From Phoronis australis (Eukaryota > Animalia > Phoronida), in NCBI GenBank assembly GCA_002633005.1, contig NMRA01000486.1:24842-88841 (forward strand): DNA of 64,000 bases. The letters are read 5' to 3'. Each line of letters starts with the position of its first letter. Positions within the stretch are counted from its first letter, which is position 1. The notes under the pieces are model-generated. The model did not search any database and was not told the origin of the DNA. It worked only from the letters and a program-made list of their open reading frames with translations. Made by a program: the position numbers and the translations under genes. Shown here piece after piece: positions 12,101-24,100 of this stretch.

Positions 12101-15100
12101 CACCTCAAACCCCCGAGATAAGCGTGACGTTCAAATCTCCCGCTTAATCCTTAAATATCAATACACGCCATCTTGCAGTCATACAGGAAACTAACACTCT
12201 GACGATCAACACACAGATTGAGTAAATCTGCAGTAACAGTGTGTTGAAGTCTGCTTCATGGGGAGCTAGTTGTCCTTGTTTGAAGCTTCCAACTGAGACA
12301 GTAAATGTAAGGGTCACAGGTCGTACATTGGGTTTCCTGTCGTAAGTGGACCTTCAGGAGACGGTGTGGCCTTGTGGGATACATGTCCGTTTCCTTTACG
12401 CAAGGTCGTGGGTTCGAGTCCCTCTGGGACACTCTGTTAGACCCTTGAGTCAGGTCTCTTGCTCATCAGCTCAGTTTTGTCTATATATCAATAAGGCATG
12501 AAATTATTAAAGCATGAAAATGATTCCAGGTGATCAGTACAGTGCACCCACCTGAGTTGCTTGCGCACGTCGGGTATAACGTGTACTAGACCGCCTGCAA
12601 TTATTTTTATATTAAAGTGGACCTTCACTGGTTAGCACACATAGTGCAATAAGGCAGCAATATTGATGTCGACTTGAAGCTTAAATTGATCAAGTTTGTG
12701 GCCAAAAATTAATCCTTCATTACCGTGCCCACGTTGCACAGTGTAGTGTTGTAACTGCTAAGTATCGAGTCTAATAAGCATTAGGTTAATACCCTGGCCT
12801 TGTCTTGACAGGACCTTTGTCAACTGGTGAACGCTGACAACCCCTACTGGCTTGTGGGTATGACTGAGATGACACGCACTTTTGGTCTGGAGCTTCTGGA
12901 GAATGTCCTGGTCACGTTCCCTCAGCTGTTTCTACAGGTAACTCTCCTGGTCACCTGAACAAGTCCTTAATAAGTCTTGGGGAAATCCTTCTTGAATTAT
13001 AAGGACTGTCGAATGAAAAGTTCCCAAGTACTCTTTCCATCAAATAACCGCCCAGCTTTTGTGATTTAGTCCAGAATTATGGTAAAAGTTCTTTAGTTTG
13101 GGATGTCTCTAGAATTTGGGACATGGAAACTACAGCAAAAATTGAATTTCTTGATTCTGTAACTTGAGACAAGGGCGATTTTGGTGTTTGCCATATTTCT
13201 CAAATTTTGGACAATGTGTTTTCTATCTAGAAAGTGGGTAATTTTTCCGTATTTCCAATGATTCTTGAATTTGCGATGGCCGATTTTGGCTATTTCTAGA
13301 ATTTGGCACGAACTCCAACCTTGAGCAAAGTAATCGATTTTTGACTGTGACCCAAACTGGAGAATATTGACTGTACTACTCAAGTTAAATACTAAACTTT
13401 ACAATGACTCATGAGTTATGATACATACTAGAAAAATGATTTTAGTGGCCATTATTGCATGTAATTGAATAAGTACATGTTTGCTTCTAGCATCCCGAGT
13501 ACAGTTTTTTACTGAAAGAGCGAGTGTGCCCCCTGGTGATCAAGCTGTTCTCTCCGAGCATCAAGCACCGTCAAGGACTACCCTTGCCTTCTAGCTCAGC
13601 CCCCTTGGAGAAACCGTATTTCCCAATTGTGATGAGACTGCTGCGTATTGTGTCAGTGCTCATCAAGAATTACTACGTGTTACTGGTTAGTGGTCATCAA
13701 GTATTGCTACGTGTTATTGGTCATCGATTAAGATATTGCCTTGCAAGCTGACACACATATCAAAAGCATTCTGTTTCCAAACTCCAAAGTTATGGTGTAG
13801 TCTTACTAGGGTGTCTGTTACGGATTGAAAACCTCTCTCAGTTTCTGAATGAGTGAAACTGTAATGTTGATATTATATTCATTGGATGTATATCTCTGGC
13901 TGACAAATGAAGCAAAATGAAGTCATAAACCAATGATAGTCAAGTTAGATTAGTGTTACTGGTAACTATTGATTATTTTGTTGTATTTCAATGGCAATGT
14001 TGCAAGTTTTTGTGCCTCCGAAAGCATATGCAGTCTCACTATAAATAATTTGAAGTTTTCGCTTATCTTCCAGGTGACGGAGTGTGAGATCTTTCTGTCT
14101 CTTCTTGTCAAGTTTCTTGATGCTGAGAAGCCTTTATGGGAGAGAGCGTTGGCCTTAGAGGTGTTGCACAGGCTGTCTATACAACAACAGCTGATCAGGT
14201 AGACTGCTCCACTTGGGGTGTGTTCAATAGAGCAAGTGGCTCAGGTAGTCTTGTCCACTTGGGGTGTGGTCAGTAGAGCAAGTGGCTCAGGTAGTCTTGT
14301 CCACTTGGGGTGTGGTCAATAGAGCAAGTGGCTCAGGTAGTCTTGTCCACTTGGGGTGTGGTCAATAGAGCGAGTAGCTCAGGTAGACATCTCCACTAGG
14401 GGTGTGGTCAACAGACTGAGTAGCTCAGGTAGACATTTCCACTAGGAGTATGTTCATTAGAGCAAGTGGCTCAGGTAGTCTTGTCCACTTGGGATGTGGT
14501 CAATAAAATGAGTAGCTCAGGTAGACATCTCCACTTGGGTTGTATTCAAAAGAGTGAGTGGCTCGGGTGGACTTTTCAACTAGGGGTGCTTTCCATAGAC
14601 GGAGTTTTTGCGAGTTGGGGGCAAGATAACACAAGGTCACACAATGTACTGATCAATCTTGCATCAAACAATTGAAGTCCACTTGTTCAATGTCTCCCCT
14701 CACTTTACTTATGACACAACGTACTACACATTTGTTACAGAAGTTTTTGTCAAAGTTATGACATGAAGACTCACTCCACCAAGATATTCCGGGACATTGT
14801 GAATGCTGTCGGTACTTTTATACAGAGTCAATTTCTAAGTCCTCCTGTACAGAGACAAGACAGTAAGTAAACTCTGTGTGTGTGTGCGTGCGTGCGTGCG
14901 TGTGTGTGTGTGTGAGCAGTGCCCTCTGTGGTGAGTTCATGCGGCCCATGCCCCCTGGTGATAATCAAAATAGTCTTGCCTGAGTCATGTTAAAACATGT
15001 TAAACAAGCACTGTTATACCACATACATCTTGATTTGCCTGTGTAATAACTATGTCAAGTGTCCGAGTAATAACTATGTCAAGTGTCCGAGTAATAACCC

Positions 15101-18100
15101 AAAAGGTTATTGTACTGTCACGTGACATGGTCAGTGCACAGGAAGGAAAGCAGAGTCGGTGATCAAATGTGGGTTAAATCTTTACTATGTTGTATTATTA
15201 AGCACATGGATGATATTAACCTCAGTTGCTGTAACAAGAAAGTGAAAATACTTGGTACTGCGATGTCAGCTAATAACATCACCCAAATAAAACATGTAAT
15301 TTCGCATAATACACTTAAAATGCTAGAAGTATTAAAATGCATAGTCATACTACATGTAATTTTCAAAAATACTTTTTTGAGCCCAAATTCCTGCTACACC
15401 TGGCTGCCTATATAACGAGTTCATGGCTGTGGGTAAAACATGTCTTATCAGGACAATGTAGTAGTTGTATATAGCAGTGTACTAGTTGTGTGTAGCGGTG
15501 TACTAGTTGTACAATGCAGTGCACTAGTTGTACATAGCAGTGCACTAGTCGTACATAGCAGTGCACTAGTTGTACATAGCAGTGCACTAGCTGTACATAG
15601 CAGTGCACTGGTCGTACATAGCAGTGTATTAGTTGTACATAGCAGTGTACTAGTCGTACATAGCAGTGCACTAGTTGTACATAGCAGTGCACTAGCCGTA
15701 CATAGCAGTGCACTAGTTGTACATAGCAGTGCACTAGCTGTACATAGCAGTGCACTAGTTGTACATAGCAGTGCACTAGCTGTACATAGCAGTGTACTAG
15801 TTGTACATAGCAGTGCACTAGTTGTACATAGCAGTGCACTAGATGTACATAACAGTGTATTAGTTGTAAATAGCAGTGTACTAGTTGTACATAGCAGTGC
15901 ACTAGTTGTACATAGCAGTGCACTAGTCGTACATAGCAGTGCACTAGTTGTACATAGCAGTGCACTAGCTGTACATAGCAGTGCACTAGTTGTACATAAC
16001 AGTGTGTTAGTTGTAAATAGCAGTGTACTAGTTGTACATAGCAGTGCACTAGTTGTACATAGCAGTGCACTAGTCGTACATAGCAGTGTATTAGTCGTAC
16101 ATAGCAGTGCACTAGTTGTACATAACAGTGCACTAGTTATACATAGCAGTGCACTAGTTGTACATAACAGTGTATTAGTTGTACATAGCAGTGCACTAGT
16201 TGTACATAACAGTGCACTAGTTATACATAGCAGTGCACTAGTTGTACATAACAGTGTATTAGTTGTACATAGCAGTGTACTAGTTGTACATACAGTGTCC
16301 TAGTTGTACATAGCAGTGCACTAGTCGAACATAGCAGTGCACTAGCCGTACATAGCAGTCCACTAGTCGTACATAGCAGTGTATTAGTCGTACATAGTAG
16401 TGTACTAGTTGTACATAGCAGTGCACTAGTTGCACATAACAGTGCACTAGTTCTACATAGCAGTGCACTAGTTGTACATAGCAGTCCACTAGTTGTACAT
16501 AGCAGTCCACTAGTTGTACATAGCAGTCCACTAGTCGTACATAGCAGTGCACAAGCCGTACATAGCAGTGCACTAGCCGTACATAGCAGTGCACTAGCCG
16601 TACATAGCAGTGCACTAGCCGTACATAGCAGCGCACTAGCTGTACATAGCTGTGTACTAGCTGTACATAGCAGTGTACTAGTTGTACATACAGTGTACTA
16701 GTTGTGCATGCAGTGTACTACCTAATACATAGCTTTGCACCTATTTTCGATAGTTGATGGCTGAGCAAAAGATAGAGAACAGTGAAAATTTTATAAAAAA
16801 TACTAATATTTAAGAATGTATATTAGTTCATTGATAAGATGTGGTTTCCAAATAATGTACATGCTCCAGTTTTCTTTTGTTGTTTTATTTTTACTGAAGT
16901 ATGTGAAAAAGACCTTTTATCAACATGGACTGCCAACCTAAATGAGAAACTTGTATTTTGTTTCACTGAATAAGATAATAAGAAGATTTGTTACTCAGTA
17001 GTTAGGTATTTTTAGACATTGGTGTCCATTTTTACCTGAATTATGTAGTTCAGCAGAGCAATGCAGTCATAACTTCACGTATGTCTCATTCTGAAAATGT
17101 TCCCCTTGTTTCAGGCACAAGGACACCCGACACTCAAGGCACCCCACCGGCCCTGGTCGGGGGCCTCCCCGTGGGGGGTGGCATAACGCCCCAGCCTGCC
17201 TTTGTCTACAGGGGTGTGTGGATACCACTGATATTTAATATACCGCAAGGCACAATAAAGCCTTATTTGTAAGTGACAACACTCATATTTGGTATTATTA
17301 TAGCTTATGGTACAATTATAATGTCTTATTTGTAAGTGACAACACTCATATTTGGTATTATTATAGCTTATGGTACAATTATAATGTCTTAGTTGTAAGT
17401 GATTGTAGTCTATTCTGACTTAAGTATATCAAACTAGCAGTGTAAGTGTACATGGGAATATTGCGCTCCTGCTCACATTTCGGTGTCAGAGTACTACGTA
17501 TTCTTGCACACAAACCACATGAGTGTTCTTGTGAACAAAGGCTTGTAAAATGCACTTGTCTGTCTGTAAGAAACTGAGGATCATTGTAGAAGAAAATCCG
17601 TTTTTAATCTGTGTTTCAAAATGGAATTGTGTTCATGAGAATGGAAAGCTCAGCATGCGGTTCATGTGAAGGAAAGGCTGGTTATCTGTAATTTGTTCAT
17701 TTGACATTGCGATTTCCATGAGAACAGAAAAATCATGTAGTTGTGCTGATTCAAATTTCTTTGATTTTATCCAAGACTAAGCGATTCTACTGATATTTTA
17801 CTGTCATTTACTGTAGTTGTTAACTGATGTTCACTAATATTATCTTAACCGCAGACACTACGTTTTGGTTTTGAGACATTAATTACAAACTGCGCTAATA
17901 CCGTCGCTACCACTAAGCTTCACATTGTGGTTGTCAAGTTGTTCATGTGACGTTTATTTTGGTAAGGTTCTTGTTAGAGGACATTGTTTATTCACAGCCT
18001 GGAGATGTTGGATAAGGTTGAACCACCTACAGTTCCTGAGGGTTATGGCACCACCGTAGCATTCCATTGTCTTCTTGATATTGTCAAGAGTGTGGAGACA

Positions 18101-21100
18101 CTCATTACTGATATGTCGGAAAAAGCCGATGACAAAACTTTTTCACCTGCACAAGGTAAGAATATCATTGCTTTATAGACTTCTCTCATTTTGCTTTTCT
18201 CTTGTAACAGAAAATTTATCAAACATTTTATGTTCATAACATAGGCAAGCGCAAAATATTTACAATTAAAAACAAAGTTTAGAAGTCTGGTAAAAGTTGC
18301 TATTATAGTTGTGACCCATGTTGTTAGATCCCACTCTCTCTCAAATGTGACGGGCAGAATTAAATTTTTTGTTTACGTTTTGCCATCAGTTACAACTTTT
18401 GTTGTTAAATTTTATTATTTATTCATAAAAATCTGTCTTGAGTATCGTTTTTAACGAGGATATCCACAATGATAAAATCTGCTTCTTAATATTCACCAAC
18501 TTGAAATACATGCCATACTGTGAAATAATTAAAAGCTTAATTTCAACGGAATTTTGTTATAATTTTAGATGTATTTGGCTAACCAGGTAGTCCTAGCAAA
18601 ACCTTAGTAAGAAAATTTGAGTTTGATCACGCAAATGTAGGGCTGTCTAATGAATTGTGAAGCTGCATTTTCATGCAATTTTGCATCACTGCGAGATCCC
18701 ACCACAAACATAAAAGGCAGATAACAGTTGTATTGAATAGGGGTCTGAATAGGACACCATTGCATGCGAGTGTTATTCGCAGCTGTTTGAATTAAAAGGT
18801 GATTCTCTTGGTGCCAATACGCCTAACAGTTTGTTACATTTGGCAATTTATGGCACTAGTTGGCTCAGAGCGATGCTCTTAACATACTGTAGGAACCAAA
18901 TTTACTGGATCGTTTAAGATAGGCTTTAAAGTGAAAATGTTAACGTTGCTGAATTGTTGTTTATTTAACATTTTTTAATTTTCTTGGAATTGAAACTAGA
19001 CGATGTTTTCACAAAGTTTTGTATTTTGTCTACTAACACATTGAGGTCTGTGGCATTTGATTAGTAACTTAATTTTCCACAATGAATGTTAGAGATTGCA
19101 ACCAATGGCATTGGGTTTTTTGTACCAGATCAAAGCTCACGATTTGTTCCAATGTTTAACACCTAAACAACATTTTGGAAGTGTTATGTTCTTATTTGCC
19201 AACTGCGGGTATACCCAACAATTTTGAAATATAAGGAATGAAGCTGACTTCAATGTACATAGAATGGATGTCTGAGTTAGCCCTATAAACATGTTGCCGA
19301 CGTTCTTTGGTTATGCCCAAAGAGTTGATGCCTTCAAAAGTGCCGGATATTTGGCCGTCCAGTTTCATAGTGAATGTGCTGCATTTGTTACAGATGACCG
19401 CGGTCTGTGTGAACAGTTAATAGACTCGTCTTGGTGTGGAGTATTGGCAGCTTTCTCACTCCTTCTGGATGCCAGGTAACACTTACCTCTCACTAGTTCT
19501 GGATGAAGATATTGAGCGTTTCGATAAAAGTGGGTTCATTGATCGGTGTCGTAGTTACATCTCTCCTGAAGTTGGTATATTTTGTCTTGTAGTGGGTGAT
19601 TTTGTCTTGACGTAATTGTCTTTGCATATGTGTTAATCAAATGCGATTCTTATTGTTATTTTGTTGAGCAATTTCACATAATGTTAAATTGAAGTAATTG
19701 TACTTCACCCTGTTTAACTGTCAATGTTGAATTCTTATGGAAGCAGTTGGGGTCTGATTACTGTTAAGTCCCCTAGATGCAAATTTTTATGTTTGAATAT
19801 CTTTAGAATTCCTTGACAGATTTTCATGGAACATGGTGGTAATTGCACCTCTTTTGGATGAATTTGATGTATTGTATGGCATCTAGTGACCGTGTTTATT
19901 ATTTTTGAGCATGATTTTTGGCATCTGCCTCTCCTATTGGCCAAATCACACTTAGGATCAGTATGCATTATGTGTTCTTACTTGGAAGTGCATGGCTGGT
20001 GATAAATTTCGAGCTGTGGCGCCCTCGTGTGGCAATATTATTTTTTTGCCCATAGCTCAATACAAGAAGCAAAAAACACAAAGTAAATTTATGGCGCCTG
20101 TCTGAGTGCCGAGGTATTGCACATGGTGTCGCCCAGGGATCCATCCTGGGACTTTTGCTGTTTTTGCCTTTTATAAATGATCTTTTTTTAGTCTGCGATA
20201 ACACAGTTGAAATGTATGCAGGCGATACTACTTTGTCAGTAGCGGCAAACTCACTGGGCACTGCAAAAAATAGACTTCAGTCTGATTTGGATAAAGTTGC
20301 TACCTGGTGTGTTGATTACAAACTGGTAATTAATACTGAAAAAAGCAACGAACGGCATAGTAAAAGTGACCTTGAACTTAATCTGGCTATTTCGGGTGTG
20401 CGGCTCAAACAGGTTGACAGTGAAAACTTATTGGGTATCACTGTTGACAAGACTCTCGGCTGGTCTAATCATATTATTGGGTCTGTGTCCAAAATTAGAC
20501 AGCGTCTTGGTCTTCTCTGGCGTATATCACCATCTCTTCCCACAGAAGGGCGTCTGAAATATTTCAGCGCCTGTGTGTTTCCTCTCTTCATTTGTTGTTA
20601 GTACTGTATGGTCAGGATGCAATGCAAAATTGGTTTCCTGTCTATTAAAGGCTCAGAAGCATGGTGCCTTTTGACACTCCATCAGTTCATGATCTTTAAC
20701 AGACTGGGATGGCTTCCCGTTGACAAATATTTTATGTATAGGCGTATGATGCATAAGTGTTTTCACAATGTTCCTACTTATTTATCTCGTAATTCTATTA
20801 TTACTCGTTCAAAACAGCCACCAAATCAGGACCAGATTTTCTTCCTAAAACAGTTTTGTTGTGCCTAGACACAGAACTTGCTTGTACTCTAAGTGCTTGT
20901 TTATTCAAGCCACAGTGGAACGAATAGTCTAAAGGAGACTGATGGTTATAACTTGAGACAAATATTCACCAGTTACTGTGGATGTGGACGAAATGCAGCT
21001 TTAAATGTCACTTTCCTCCACAGCGGTGTTAAACTAAAATTTCTTTCGTTATTTAATTTCGCCCATTTCTTGCAGCACTGATGAAACTGCGACGGAGTCT

Positions 21101-24100
21101 GTTCTCAAGTCTCAGCAGGTGTACGCCAGTTTGTGTGGTAAACTGGACATGATGACCCCCCGCGATGCTTTCATCACTTCACTGTGCAAAGCATCATTAC
21201 CACCTCACTATGCACTGACAGTACTTAACCTACAGACGAATAATCCAGCCTACCACAGAGGTACGACAGGTTGGCTAGGATCTTGTAAATTACCGTTTTA
21301 TCCCAAATTTGTGCGTACATGTTTATCGTGGAATATTGGGATGAGAGAAGGAATAGCTAATCATGAACATTTTTACTCTTTAAATACTCTGCATTCATAA
21401 ATTGTCTAAAATATCTACTTAAAGGCTTTCTTACGGTAGTTTTTGTTAGAACATATTTTCACCATCAGAAAATTTGTGACGTCCAATTGTTCTACCTTGT
21501 GACTCTGTCTAGTGTTTAGCCATGGAACCTGTCATATTGTTTTTCTACTTTCTAATTAAGCCAGCACTCAATGTCATGAGTAAGAGTAATTTAGTGACTA
21601 AAAATACCTACGCTATCAGTACAGGTTCTAATTTTGATTGTATGCGTTTAGCCCCGTCACAGGGTCACTCTAGGCAGTCTAGTCAAGACATGCATGCCCG
21701 CGCGAGTCAGGACAGCTTGGATGCTGTGGAGCGAAGTCAGGTGGTCGCTGTTGGAACAGCACTGCCCACTGCGGCGCTACCTGTGGGCAGTCAGCAAGGA
21801 CCTGTTATGGTTTGTAAACAGTCTCTTCATTTCCGCCTGTCTAACGATGGCATGGAAGGCCAAGTCTATTGTTCAAATTTTACCATTACTTGTAGTCGGT
21901 GGGCCAGATCTCATAGCGTTCATCCTTGTGAGTACTTTGGGGGGGCAACCTAGTTTTTTCTATGTGGCTAAATAATATACCTATAAATCAAATTCCAAAA
22001 AGTTTCCACGTCTACACTTGCACATTTTTTTAAAAAAAAGGTGTTTTTGTTTCACAAAATATGATGCACATTCCTGCCACTTGATGGCGCTTTTCTATTG
22101 AATTGACCAATCAGAGAGCCAGATTGTATTGTTGTGCTTAGTTACTTCAATATGGCTGCTCCCATGGAGTGTGATGCCTGTATAATCCAAGGTTTATCAA
22201 ACAGCACAAAATTGTGATGTCAAAGCCTAAAGAAGCTTAAGAAAGCTTCCTGACGAAAGCTGATTGACTGTGGAACTCTGTAGATCAGTAGATCAAAAAG
22301 AAGAAGAGGTGTCACAAACGTTTGTGCAGAAAACAGCTGCATGTCCTGGTAGCCTACACAGTATACTGCTGAGTGCTGTAGACTAGAAGACCAAGTGTCA
22401 GACCAAAAAATTGAAAGGACATAGAACGGCATAGCAATGTTTCGAGGCACCAACAGTAGTACTAAAGCTGAAGTTGCTGAAAGTGATACAGATGTTATCC
22501 AAGATTTCCCAAGAAAATCAATTATACTTCCAAAATCTGAAACACCCAATTAACCTGAACAAGACGGAACATTCTGAAACATGAGTGCATCATTTGTTAG
22601 CTGGAAAATACATTATGGGCCACATTTCAAGAAAGAGACAGAAGAATAGCTTTTAAAAACAGGTACGTGCTTTTGAAAAATACATCTTGGTGTTTTCCAT
22701 GTGTGTTTCAGTATTATCGCCAGCTTTGTTTTTTAACTTGTTCAGCCCCTTGGTTGCCTAGGCCTTAGACAATACTGCTGACCCAGTAGAGACAATGATC
22801 ATTCCATAGGTACTCCATATGCCGGATACTTTTCGGCAAGTTATGTTCCTATAAGTTTAGAAGTACCGCGTAGAGAGATGCCTCTGAGGAGGTCATTAAT
22901 GTTTTCATTTGTTCCCAGTTTAAACAAATACTCCTGCAATCCTGTTTTTCGAACACTCCATTCACTTGCCACATCGACACTGCTTGCGCTAAGGGATAAT
23001 CCTATGGCGTTATACTGTGGGTGTGATTTTAAAGCACTTTAAGTCAAAAATTTTTGAGAAGGTTAAATGNNNNNNNNNNNNNNNNNNNNNNNNNNNNNNN
23101 NNNNNNNNNNNNNNNNNNNNNNNNNNNNNNNNNNNNNNNNNNNNNNNNNNNNNNNNNNNNNNNNNNNNNNNNNNNNNNNNNNNNNNNNNNNNNNNNNNNN
23201 NNNNNNNNNNNNNNNNNNNNNNNNNNNNNNNNNNNNNNNNNNNNNNNNNNNNNNNNNNNNNNNNNNNNNNNNNNNNNNNNNNNNNNNNNNNNNNNNNNNN
23301 NNNNNNNNNNNNNNNNNNNNNNNNNNNNNNNNNNNNNNNNNNNNNNNNNNNNNNNNNNNNNNNNNNNNNNNNNNNNNNNNNNNNNNNNNNNNNNNNNNNN
23401 NNNNNNNNNNNNNNNNNNNNNNNNNNNNNNNNNNNNNNNNNNNNNNNNNNNNNNNNNNNNNNNNNNNNNNNNNNNNNNNNNNNNNNNNNNNNNNNNNNNN
23501 NNNNNNNNNNNNNNNNNNNNNNNNNNNNNNNNNNNNNNNNNNNNNNNNNNNNNNNNNNNNNNNNNNNNNNNNNNNNNNNNNNNNNNNNNNNNNNNNNNNN
23601 NNNNNNNNNNNNNNNNNNNNNNNNNNNNNNNNNNNNNNNNNNNNNNNNNNNNNNNNNNNNNNNNNNNNNNNNNNNNNNNNNNNNNNNNNNNNNNNNNNNN
23701 NNNNNNNNNNNNNNNNNNNNNNNNNNNNNNNNNNNNNNNNNNNNNNNNNNNNNNNNNNNNNNNNNNNNNNNNNNNNNNNNNNNNNNNNNNNNNNNNNNNN
23801 NNNNNNNNNNNNNNNNNNNNNNNNNNNNNNNNNNNNNNNNNNNNNNNNNNNNNNNNNNNNNNNNNNNNNNNNNNNNNNNNNNNNNNNNNNNNNNNNNNNN
23901 AAAACTGTTGTTTTTACAAATATAAGTTTACTAAGCTCTTTGGTGATTATTAGGTAACTTCAAACTCAAATTTCTCAAAAATGTGCAACTTTATATGTGG
24001 GAACTTTTTAGATTTTGAAAACACTCTAATAAATGAATTAAAAAACACCAAAATAAAATTGCCCCCCTAAAGTACTCACAAAAACCATTTTCTAGAGGCC

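Noticed and set aside
12357-12435. tRNA gene-like A/B boxes (also 41563 and 56860-56930)
   Set aside because: No proper cloverleaf; they continue into a shared body with TSDs, so they are SINE heads.
12906-12954. TCCTGGTCAC repeated on both sides of the exon 7 donor
   Set aside because: Only 10 bp match; too short to count among the donor-anchored duplications.
15408-16636. Long ORFs of 241, 287 and 118 aa
   Set aside because: Translations of a 21-bp minisatellite within a MON2 intron; no coding evidence.
23017-23957. Three ORFs of about 300 aa
   Set aside because: Artefacts of the N gap.
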